64,000 bases of DNA from assembly GCA_951406725.2 (NCBI GenBank), contig OX597826.1:14198001-14262000 (forward strand). The letters are read 5' to 3'. Source of the DNA: Octopus vulgaris. Taxonomy: Eukaryota. The position numbers and the translations under genes were made by a program. Below the pieces are notes generated by a model. That model was not told the DNA's origin and did no database searches. It was given only the letters and a program-made list of their open reading frames with translations. How positions within the stretch are numbered: position 1 is the first letter of the stretch; each line of letters starts with the position of its first letter. Below are positions 52,829 to 64,000 of this stretch, piece by piece.

Positions 52829-53284
52829 TATTTGTAGACGTCGACTTCACTCCTTTCAGTTCCGAATTCGACGTCCGTCGCTGAGAAAGACGCGCACTCA
52901 TTTGGGACCAGAGACCGTTATGCAATTATTTACTATCTGTTTAATATCAAACTGACAATGACAAATATTGAAGTAAATAAAAGTACAACAATTATAAATA
53001 CAAGAAAATGATGCAATGCAATCGCTGAAGATGTTTTGTAAAATGTGGAATTCCTTTCCTCGTATTGGTTTCTATCGCATACAAAATTCGTGATGGAAAG
53101 CGAATAATGAATAGGATTGTTCTTCAGCATCTTCAGAGTAATCGTTATAGTTAAACAAAAGTTAATGAACCAATGGTAGAAAGAGAGCCGTTGGATTGCC
53201 AGAAATCTTCTCTTCTTATTCCCTAACTGGCGACCGAAAAGGAAGGCCGTTCTCTTAAACAATACGCTATTGTGAGTACTGATG

Positions 53285-53500
53285 TATGATGGACTCCGCC
53301 GACGATGTCATTACTTTCCGCCGATCCTTGGAGCTGGCCTTAGCATGCGCGAAGTCGAGGCGCTGCGACTTCATGTCTTCCTCAATTTGTTTCGTCCATT
53401 TCTTCTTAGGTGCGCTGCGCTGGATTCTCCAGTGCGTGGGTCGCTGCCCTCACAAAACGTGGTGTGGTATGTATTCCAGTGCCAATTCTACATCCTGCAG
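53285..53500 (-). mobile_element. 3' fragment of an RTE-type LINE
   Basis: IPHHVL..HWRIQRSAPKKKWTKQIEED..DRRK. Confidence 0.55.
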
Positions 53501-55992
53501 ACAGGGCGAAATCCCCGTATCTTCAAAGATATGGCAGACTTGACCATTACGTTTTTTTTTTAGATATATTTGTATCTCGTTTCACATTATGAGCGATATT
53601 TTTTTAACTTGTTGATTGTGGCTTTAAGTAGCCACAATTTACAATTTTAAAAGATATCATCTCTCCTAATGTGAATCTTGACTCGTTATTTTTGAATCAA
53701 ATATGTAAGGGTCAGGGATGCAATATCGTGGAGGATAGGTAATTCTTGTGATTGCTGCTGTTAACCTTGGATTAATGAGAACAATAATTTATCCTAAATA
53801 CAAATACATGCTGACGGGAAATCAGTCATGAATTACTTCGATTAAGCGCTATATGAGAATGTTTTAGAATATTCAATAGTAGATTTTTTACAAATTAATA
53901 GTGTAATTTTAAATTATCAGAAATTACTCACGAGCGTAATCAAACATTAGAGGTGAAATTATCTTAACTATAACAAAAGATCTAAAGGAGTTTCTTGTTT
54001 ACCTTACCCAGTGTTCAATACATGTTATATATAGACAACATTTACATTATTTACATTTGACGGATATTTGTCCTCGTCTTGATTGTTGTCAACACAACGT
54101 TAACACAACTTCAATTCCCACCATCCGTAGAGTGTAAAGAGAGGGATTGCTCAGTGCCTAAAACATCGAGCAGAGAATAAATATAAATAATGTAAATAAT
54201 TCCTCATCTCTTCAATATAGAACTATATATATATAGACAAGTTAACCACGGAAAATACTTTTGGGTAAATCCTGTTACTTTATGTATATCCATAATATGA
54301 CAAAAAAGCACAGTTAAAAACCAAAGAAGGTACGTTTAATTCTTGAATATTTACATTACAGATATGCTGTTTTCTCTTACTTGCAAGTGTTTAGTTTAAG
54401 CTTACGAAAGAAATCTCTGCTTTACAATAGGCATTGCGTAGTCCCAGGGTAAAGTATCATCCAGTACAACTCTCTAATGCAAAACTTTAGAATTAACAAT
54501 TCCTCATAGTTACCTATCGCATATCCTAATCATAGTCTACAGTAATTATCTGAACTACTACGTGAAAAAGGAAACTTGAAACCAGACTGTACCGTTGCTT
54601 TCAGAATTGTGCCTTCCTCAGTGAAAACCATATGTTCGAGGTCAGTTTCCATTAGTTAAAGAACTAATCAATGAAAATATAGTGACGCAAAATGAAATGA
54701 TTCGAATAAGTGTTTGCTAAGGATAAGAATTCTAAAGTGAAAAACTTTTACTTCACACTATACTGTATAAATATTGTGCACATGCATTATGTCTCTAACA
54801 ATATTTCGTATACACAATGAGTAGGTACCACATATAATCATAATACAGCTAAGGTAATTTTATTGTCACAGTACTTTACAATAACAATAATCTTGGAATG
54901 TTGAATATCATTTCAAGGGAATCTATTGTGAAGTGTTCTTTTCAATGAGATATAATTCATTGGTGGTTTGAAATTTCATAAGAAACATTATAGTATAATC
55001 TTGGTTTCCTAAGTCTTATGTGTCGCTTCTGTTCATAGAAACTGCAACTCCTTTCACGTAAGAACATATGAATGTATAAAAATGAAATTTTGAAGTCCAA
55101 GCAATTATAGATTTCATTAAATAAAAGGTTTTGTTCACAGTTTTCTAAGAAATGATCAAGATAATAGAAAGATAAAGAGAGACGAATCATACGCCTTTGT
55201 AAGCTCTTTTATCATGTCACGTGACCTTTCTGCAGAGGGACTTGTGAAGAAAAGTTTAATAATTCGCCAACAGGTACGATTGAACTATTCTTCAGAATTA
55301 TAACGATGTAATTTTATAAAATGGCTCTTAAACTTCTGAATTGTGATTTTTTAAGTTCAAAGACAAACAGAAAAATGGAAAAGCCTTGATTCTCAAAGCA
55401 TCACGATCACGTTACTTTCTTATTTATTCCCAAATACAATGAAATTCATGCACATGAGTTTAAGCATTCCATTGATAGCATTTACTCTTAATAATTATAC
55501 TATTGATATATGTTCAAAACCGATAAATGTAATTCAATGATTAATATCACCCAAATATAGCTACTATCCATAAAAAAAATGCATATATTAATAACGGTGT
55601 GTGTACACCTTCGAAAAATATGAGCAATAACAAATAAATAAAGTATTCAAAGTTTTGGAAGAAGTGGGAATGAGAATTTCTTAGTAATATGAAATACAAA
55701 GTCCAGTTATGCTGGCATGTATTCTCAACTTCATATTACAACACACATTTTTTTTTATCCCTAACTTCAACATTTTTCAAAGATGTACATTTATTTTCTC
55801 TTTTAAATATGTTATATAAAAACCTGCACTAACTTTCACTGTGAAAAGCCTCAAACATCACAAACGAACATAAGTTTTCTGAGCAAGAATATTGGCGAAA
55901 ATCTTCCCATGTGTTCGCACTAACACTCCGTTAACTACATCAGATGCATAAGGAAGCAAATTATCCTGTAAAAATTCTATTTAGAAAATGAG

Positions 55993-56058
<66 letters not shown>

Positions 56059-56087
56059 GTTGTTGTTGTTGTTATTATTATTATTAT
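55993..56087. repeat. (TTA)n/(TTG)n microsatellite
   Basis: Direct reading. Confidence 0.95.
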
Positions 56088-56787
56088 AAATTTATTTTTG
56101 TTTTTCTTTTCTTCAATGCAGGTGAGTGGATTATATATTCTCTTTGATTTAAACTAGTTTCTATCAGTTACACTGATAAGAGTATATATTCAGAATGCAT
56201 TTTATCACTAGTAAGGATGCTAGTTATGAAATTAAATGGACCATCTGTGAAACGTTTTTGCTAAATTTCATGTTGAATGCCGTTCGTTGCAGTGTTGTGG
56301 TGATATATCTCTGACATTGTGATATTCATTATATTTCCCAATTGCTGTCACAAATAATATCCCGTCATAATGAAATTTACTGCAGTTTACCATCTAACCT
56401 CTTTTCAATTAAACATTCACTTATTTCTGTTTGTTTTTAGCTGTTTCAGTCATCACAAAAGTTGTGTAGGGATTGCATCAGCTGATACAAATTATCAGCT
56501 GTAAACCAATAAAATTTCGATGCGTTGTGTAATCTGCTTTACATGAATTCAAGCTAATTACTATCTTGCAAATATTTTTTAATAGATTGATATATATCAC
56601 CGATAGTCAGATGTAGCCATACTTTCTGTATTTTTAATTATATGTGTTTGAAAGTGTGCATAAATCTACATGTGTATCTAGTGGTATTTTATATAAAAAT
56701 ATGTGCATTTGACTAAGCATATTACAGTGGTGCAGACATATACACTGTGTGACTGAAATACACACGATACACCTAACTTCATTCTTG

Positions 56788-57210
56788 CGTGGCTGTTTGG
56801 TAGAAAGCTCACTTACTAATCACATGGGTCTGGGTTCAGTCCCATTGCATGGCAGCTTGGGCAAGTTTCTTCTATATCCTCGCGCCAACGAAAGCTTTGT
56901 GGTAGAGGAAAACTGAAAGAAGCCCGTCGTATATATGTATATATATAAATATATGTGACTGTGTGTATGTTTATGCGTGTGTGTGTGTGTGTGCATTTTG
57001 TGTCTTTGTCCCCACACGATCGCTTAACAACTGATGTTTGCTTTTACATACACGTAACTTAGCGATCCGGCAAAATGGGACAATAGAATAAGTATGAGGC
57101 TTACAAAGAACAAATCTTGGGGTCGATTTCTTCGACTAAAAAATATGTAAGGGGGTGCTGCAGCATGGACATATTCAAAATGACGGAGATATGTAAAAGA
57201 ATGAAATAAC
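56788..57210 (+). mobile_element. SINE family B, diverged
   Basis: gggttcagtcccattgc..ttgggcaag..actgaaagaagcccgtcg..ggggtcgatttcttcgactaa. Confidence 0.8.
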
Positions 57211-57439
57211 AGTATACATACACACACACACATTGACACACACACACATATATAAGAGTGACTAAGAGTTCAAGGCCAAATGGGCGCAGACTATCAATAA
57301 CTCATTAGGCCCACTCGAATACTCTCTGAACTCAGAATGATTGGCGAACCCCAGAGAAGATATTCAAGTGATTCTCAGAGATACCCACAATGACAAACTC
57401 AGAGACGAAACCCTCGGTGTCACCTCAAACTCCAGTGGA

Positions 57440-58125
57440 ACTGAATGTTCAGGAAACAAGTTTGACATCAACTGTCCATTGTGGAAAGAAATAGAAGAGG
57501 TGGGGTAAAAGCAGATCAGGATCAGCTCCTGGCCCAAGAGAGGTATACCTTATAAAGCATACAAGAAATGATTGTTGCTCCTTCGGAGGCTGTGGACGCT
57601 GTTACGAAATATCTGGACCACGGGGAATATTTCGTCAGGCTGGAAGAAGGCAGAAGGCTGTTTTGTACCAGAAGAAAGGAATTCCTCAGCTATGAACCAA
57701 GTCACAACTATCTCACTTGAGGGGAAAATCTTTTCAATATTGATCAAAAGCATGATCTCGCATTGACTGAAAATGGATACATAAATACCTCTGTCTAGAA
57801 AGCCAGAGTTCTAAATTTCTGGGGATATCCGGAATACGCCGGACTTCTCAACCAGATGATCTGGGAGACCAACAGAAGCAAAGACGACTTCACAGTGGAT
57901 CAACTAGTTCTGACAAGTACGTACAGATCATCTCCTCATTCCCTCATATATAACGGCTCTCGTCTGCTACCGTATCCATCTGCAAATTGCCAGCTACTTT
58001 AGACGCATCCAGTTACGCTTCAAAACAGTCAGCTTTACAACCTGGTAGTAAGATCTGGAGAAATGAATCATAACTGGTTGCACAATATGCCGCATCCCTT
58101 TTATCGTTGGAATATATCTTCTCAT
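57440..58125 (+). mobile_element. Degenerate RT fragment of an R2/Hero-like (RLE-type) non-LTR retrotransposon
   Basis: KARSGSAPGP-like / GIPYKAYKK..LLRRLW..WKKAEGCFVPE..TISLEGKIF / NGYINTSV.K, read across frameshifts and stops. Confidence 0.75.
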
Positions 58126-58775
58126 AATAGCTGCTGATAACGAAATCCAAGTTACGGCCTGAGTTCAAATTCATCCGAGGGCGACTTTGCCTTTCAAATT
58201 GTTGGCTTTGTGCCAAAATTCGAAACAAATACATCATACTAAAGAAAAGTGCATTAGTATGAAAATACTCAGATGTTCTTTCACCATTTCACTATTGTTG
58301 ATATGTGAGGAAACTATGTATAGAAAAATAATTTCTCTCGTGTACTGAAAAACCTGTACATAACAAGATTTTATTGATAAAATTAATTGTAACGACGCCT
58401 TCATCCGAAGTACATTCTACTTAAAACCAAGGACATAGAAATTATCAACCCAGACAGAACTATTAATAGAAACAATCACCATCTCCTTTTATGCATCGGT
58501 GAGAAAATCAAAATTAAGCAAACAATTATTCAGCTTCTTAATGAAAGGTCTCTTAAACAACATAAAACATTTAGTAAAAATAATTTTAGCACATTTAAGT
58601 CTGTGTAAATACCTAACTCTTTCATTTTCAGCCTCGATGGGAGAAAAGAACACAATTTTTTTCAAAACATAGCAGAAATAACATGTAATTATGCAACAGA
58701 TGAATGTTCTTTGAGTAACCTCAGTTTATGAGTTTGATGAAATCTAGTGAAGTTCAAATGACAGAAAAAAAGTTG

Positions 58776-59202
58776 GGATCTTTTCGGTTTCAACGGCAGT
58801 TTTTAACATAATTTCTAAGTAACTAAAAAATTTTAAACTTCCTATACTGGTAGAATGTGTTTATAAAACATCTATTTCTCTTGGCTTTATTGAGAAAATT
58901 CTATAGTTTGTAAGATATTTGTTGTTTTTTTCTTCAATTTCTGCAATTTCAACCAATCACTGACGTATTTGAGGTTAAAAAAAAACATTCTGTCCCGTAT
59001 GAATACGTCCCTCGTTTAAGAAACAGATTGGGTTTATTTACATTTGTGAAGAAAAAAAGACACCCTTCACCCCACCCCTAACTAACCCTAACTAACCCTA
59101 AAACAAATTGAAATGCAATAGATCGATACTAGGGTCATAATTATGGGTGACAATTTCATATGACACCGCTAGAAAAAACTGCCGTTCAAACCGAAAAGAT
59201 CC
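58776..59202. mobile_element. 427-bp MITE with about 29-bp TIRs and 8-bp TSD
   Basis: ggatcttttcggtttcaacggcagttttt / aaaaactgccgttcaaaccgaaaagatcc; TSD aaaagttg at 58768-58775 and 59203-59210. Confidence 0.92.
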
Positions 59203-61680
59203 AAAAGTTGGAGTATTTCCACGATGACCAAGAAATGATAGGAAAATCTCAGCTTGAAATTACCATGTTTTGATTGTATGGCTGGGAAGATTTTTAAAAG
59301 CCTAACAATAAATCTATCCAAGATAAATTTTGTCTAATATTTGAAATTATATTTCAGATATATACTATTCAAGAGATAGTAGTTTTGGATTACCACCTGT
59401 TATACCGGAAGCGTCATACTCAGCGTACTGGCAATTTAGGACCTTCAAACATACATACATACGTAGATTCATACATAGATACATACATACGTTTGTATGC
59501 ATATGTATGTATGAATATGTATGTGTGTATGTGTGTGTGTGGCAGCCTGTATTTATATATGTATGAAATTAAATTTGCATTTTTTTTTTGCTATATTTTC
59601 TCTCTTACATTGTTTGTATTTATTTCTAACTTGTACTCAACTTGTATTCCAAATTGTATTTATATCAATTCTGCGCACAGCACTTAATTAATTTAGATCA
59701 CGTCTATCATTTTCATTCTAGTTTATCCTTCTGTTTATAAACCCATATATGTCCAAAATATACGCGTAGAATTTTGGAGTCTAAAATTTCGAAACCTAGA
59801 ATAAATAACTGCTTAAATATTTTCCGTAATATATCATTGAATATATTATAAACTTATTATAATATATTATAAACTTATTATAAGAACGATAGAGTCGAAG
59901 TGGAAAGGCGCGAGAAATAGTGGGAAAAGAAAGAGAGAGGCGGAGAGAAAAGTTTCTGTTACTAACATCACTCTCAATAGATGAGATTTCTGATGAATCA
60001 TTCATGGGATAAGTGACGCGAACAAGGGTTGTTCTTCAGCTCAATGGCAATTTGGCTCTACGAAACCGAATCGTAAGATGAATACTTAGATAAATTGGCA
60101 CCTGAGAGATGCGAAGTTTTGAATAATTTTGTAAATGTTTCATATTATATACAAGTAACTTGTAGATAGATATTTTTAAGATAATGCTTCATACAAATAT
60201 ACATACATAAATACATATAATATAAATGTACACCGCTTCACAACCGGTGACTTGGTAGAGGGAAACGTTGTATATGTTTGTGCTTGTGTGTTTATGTTGT
60301 GACCGAAATCGGTACCAAATCTACTGTAAAATTATGAACCATTATATAACATAACTAGTAATATAATGCATCATGTCATAGAAATACAATAGATCTATTA
60401 TTTATATTAACCGTGGTTTTGTCTGCATTATGGACAACTAACTGCTTACGTATATACTGCTTTCCACACTTCTAAAATCTACACTTCGAGATTCAAGAAT
60501 AGCAGAAGTTAAATATAAATACGATAAGTGCGTGTCAAACAGAAGTTAAATGCTGAAATTCAACTGAAACTTACACTTTGATCATCAAATTTAGAAACCG
60601 AGTTATACCTAGGTCTGTTGGAGAAATGTTTCACACATTTACAATATATACATTAAAAAATCCCAAATTAATAACAATCAATGTGTTAAGACTATATATT
60701 TCAATCTTTTTCTTTTCTGACCTCTCATATCTTGGGGTTTACTAACATCTTTAGACTATATTTCTTCCGGTGTCACCTAGTTTATTACGACACGCGACTT
60801 CTGCTTCAGCCATTTAGCTGACGTATGCCGTACCTTTTTGCTGTACTTAATCGTTTTCCCTTAGCATTTGTGATTTATATATGATATTCGATTTAACCTT
60901 TCTATCATATGTCTAGAAGTTTAGAGAAATATGAAATTTTGATTTTATTGAGCAGCTTTAAAAGGATATGATACATATAAAGATTAAAAGGCAAACAAAC
61001 AAAGCAGTCGAAATTTGTTTCCTTATAGATGTGATCCAGGATGTAAAATGAGGGCGGGAATATTCCTCGATGGAAATAGTTGAATCTTACTGGTTGTTTG
61101 CTCATTGTAATCCAAGGAATTTTACATAAAAAAATCAATTAAATTGATGAACAGTATTTACTCTTTAATGTTAGTGGCAAGCTGTGATGTGCTACAGATA
61201 ATTCATAATGTGTAGGCGAAGTAGAATCGATTAAACGCTCATTTCTCTTACATTTTAAAAGTGAAGATTCTAAAGAGCAAGCACTCAAACCGAAAGTCTC
61301 TATGAATTTGTAACAAAAATAGCAATGATTTCATTCATGCTGGAATGAAATTTTCTGCAAAATGAGTTTTTACTTTATATCAACTCTAGACTGTTTCCAA
61401 TTCAATATGCATATTTTATAGATGTTGGCAGATTAAACAGATAAAGTTGTGGATATTGCAATGTTAAGCAGAACGTGTATGGATTAATCAAAATTAGCAC
61501 TATCCTTACCTCTTAGAAATTAATCATAGATAACTAATGGATAACAGTTAATACCCATATATATATATATTAAGTGCACAATCGTAGCATTCGAGTAAAT
61601 GTTAACTGAATAAACACTGTGTGATCCTGATTAAGTACATTTAATGCATTGGTTTTGAAAAGTTAAATCCCTTATACACC

Positions 61681-61681
61681 A

Positions 61682-61774
<93 letters not shown>

Positions 61775-61791
61775 TAAATATACATATATAT

Positions 61792-61836
<45 letters not shown>

Positions 61837-61904
61837 TATATATATAAATATACATATATATATATACATATATATACATATATACATATATAAATATACA
61901 TATG

Positions 61905-61990
<86 letters not shown>

Positions 61991-62171
61991 CATATATATA
62001 CATATATACATATATACATATATAAATATACATATGTATATATATATATACATATATACATACATATATACATATATATATCTATATATGTATATACATA
62101 CATATATATATATATATATATACGTGTATATATGTATATATATCAATATATATGCATATGTGTATATATAC

Positions 62172-62221
<50 letters not shown>

Positions 62222-62268
62222 ACAGACGCCTACACACAAACACATAAACACATATATATATATATATA
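61681..62268. repeat. About 590-bp degenerate (TA)n/(TACA)n microsatellite, largest of many in the window
   Basis: Direct reading. Confidence 0.95.
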
Positions 62269-62935
62269 AACACCTCGTGTCAGAATCCCTATTCCTCTAT
62301 TAATTCCCATCAATCTAATGTTGAATGTTGCCATAGTTAATTCATCAATTTTGAGAATGATCACGCGGCTTCAAAGTTAATTATTTTAAAGACCCGCAAA
62401 TTCCACCTCGGACGTTCGTACATCTGATGCTGTGTTATAATATTTAGTGGGGAGAGGTCATTCGATTTAATTTTTCTAAGTCGCTATTTTTATATTTCCT
62501 CTGCAATTTATTGAATTTTTTATTGCACATTTGAATTTGGTGCTTTTCCAAACGCGGATATTGATATTTTACTATAAAGCAAATAAAACGAGAATATCTT
62601 TCAGTTTTATAATCAGTTTTGCTTTTTGCAAACTAAATAATCTGAAATCAATCAACTAAACTGTTATCGTTAACTACTGATTCCTTTGATCTAAGGCATA
62701 TGGTTCAGTTTAAGTTACAATGAAGCCCAGAGCTTAAGTCGTAACATAAGTTTGAAGACTTCTCGACGGATATTGCTTTTAAAAGTGTTAAATCCAATGC
62801 AATATGGAACATAGTTTATTGTATAGACTTTCTGTTAAAAAGATCAATTATTTTTAAAACAAAAGCATAACGTACACATATAATACAGGGCGTTCAGACT
62901 AAATTTAACAGATTGCATGAATGGAAAAGAATACA

Positions 62936-63446
62936 ACGTAAATCCTCGAGTATATTCCGCATTTTTTACCAAAATTTAAAGGTCACAATTCCTAGTGCGT
63001 ATAATACACGAGGTTAAAAATGAAAATTATTTTCTAAGCAATGTTCGAGTCTCTATTTGCTGTCCGGCAATGTTTATTCAAACGCATTTTGTGATGTCGG
63101 GCGCGAAAATACCTTAAGCTAAACTTGAAAGCAATGAAGTCTTAAAAGAATCATCCGTAACTTGTAGTAAGCAACATTTATTAAAAGTTATTATTGTTAT
63201 TTCTTTATTTTCTGCAAACAAAATGCACAAAAACGCTACACGTTATATATATGTTATATATACAATAAGGATAAAGTATGTTACCGTATACATTTTTACA
63301 AACCCAGGACGTTATATAGACCTCCTTAACTCAAGTTAGAGAAGGGGTGCGTATTATACACAAGGTTTAGATTTTTTATAGGTACAGCTCCCTAAAACTC
63401 CCCTGCGTATTATACTCAAGGATGGACTATACTCGAGGGTTTACGG
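62936..63446. mobile_element. Non-autonomous Tc2/pogo-like MITE
   Basis: TIRs acgtaaatcctcgagtatattcc / ggactatactcgagggtttacgg followed by TA; internal repeats tgcgtattatac. Confidence 0.8.
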
Positions 63447-63519
63447 TAATATCCCATCGAAATATAAATTCTTTTTTAAGAAAACAAGATATCAAGTAGA
63501 ATATGAGAGAGAGATAACA

Positions 63520-63940
63520 GTTTTCTGAAAGTAACCACTCTCAATTTTCACCACAGTATGAAAACAGCGAAGCAGCCAAGTGCATGCATTCCTCATTGTG
63601 TCCCTGGGAATATCCGAATACTTCCTTGATCTTTGTTACCAGCACCGGTTAAGTGTTGCGGGCAGTGCGATTGATGTCTTTCTCAACTGTGCTCCACAAA
63701 CTATTTCATAGGATTACAACAGGAGGGAGGGGTTGTGAGAAATTGCCGCTGGTGAAGTTGTTGAAATTCTCCGACAATCACTTCTGACCTTTTCCGGAGG
63801 TATGGCAAAGAGCCGATTCCTGCTGCCACATATACAGCCTTTCAGCAACAATCCTCTTCAGCCAGAGATTTACAGCAGTCTGCAGTTACTTCACATAGCC
63901 GTCTGAACTAAGCCTAGTATCCTGTTCAAAAATGGGGCGA
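63520..63940 (-). mobile_element. DD37D (maT-type) transposase C-terminal remnant; its TIR may lie at about 62886, beyond the MITE
   Basis: YMWQQESALCHTS..LSENF / CNPM / WSTVEKDINR..KIKEVF. Confidence 0.7.
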
Positions 63941-64000
63941 TGAATTCTTGCTGTCTCCTTTTCTGCTGCACGGACACTAAGAAGCCACCTTCTTAGTGTC

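Noticed and set aside
55216-55225. GTCACGTGAC palindromic E-box/CLEAR site
   Set aside because: A single 10-mer with no identifiable promoter context.
59071-59102. Interstitial telomere
   Set aside because: Only a few imperfect TAACCC units, internal to a MITE.

Overview
AT-rich, microsatellite-dense eukaryotic DNA with no confidently identifiable host protein-coding gene. The repeat landscape resembles what I recall of Octopus (coleoid cephalopod) genomes; this is an inference, not a database result. The window is a mosaic of mobile elements. (1) At least five Penelope-like element (PLE) segments, including a little-decayed RT + GIY-YIG copy at the left edge whose 5' end sits in a perfect head-to-head palindrome and which has a downstream minimal hammerhead-like motif. 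(2) Tc1, mariner (DD34D) and DD37D/maT transposon relics, plus two MITEs. (3) CR1-like, RTE, Hero-like and possible L1/Tx1 LINE fragments. (4) About 20 copies of three SINE families, called A, B and C here. Many ORFs in the supplied track, including most of the long low-complexity ones, are microsatellite artefacts. The best leads are RNA-structural. One dispersed repeat has a closing helix with five fully compensated substitutions. A SINE-A concatemer has a fixed, self-complementary junction suggesting a circular RNA template. SINE A and B share a two-hairpin module. There are several hammerhead-like motifs tied to PLE ends, recurrent head-to-head inversions, and a possible recursive splice site. 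I do not see firm evidence of a wholly new biological system; these leads are hypotheses to test.
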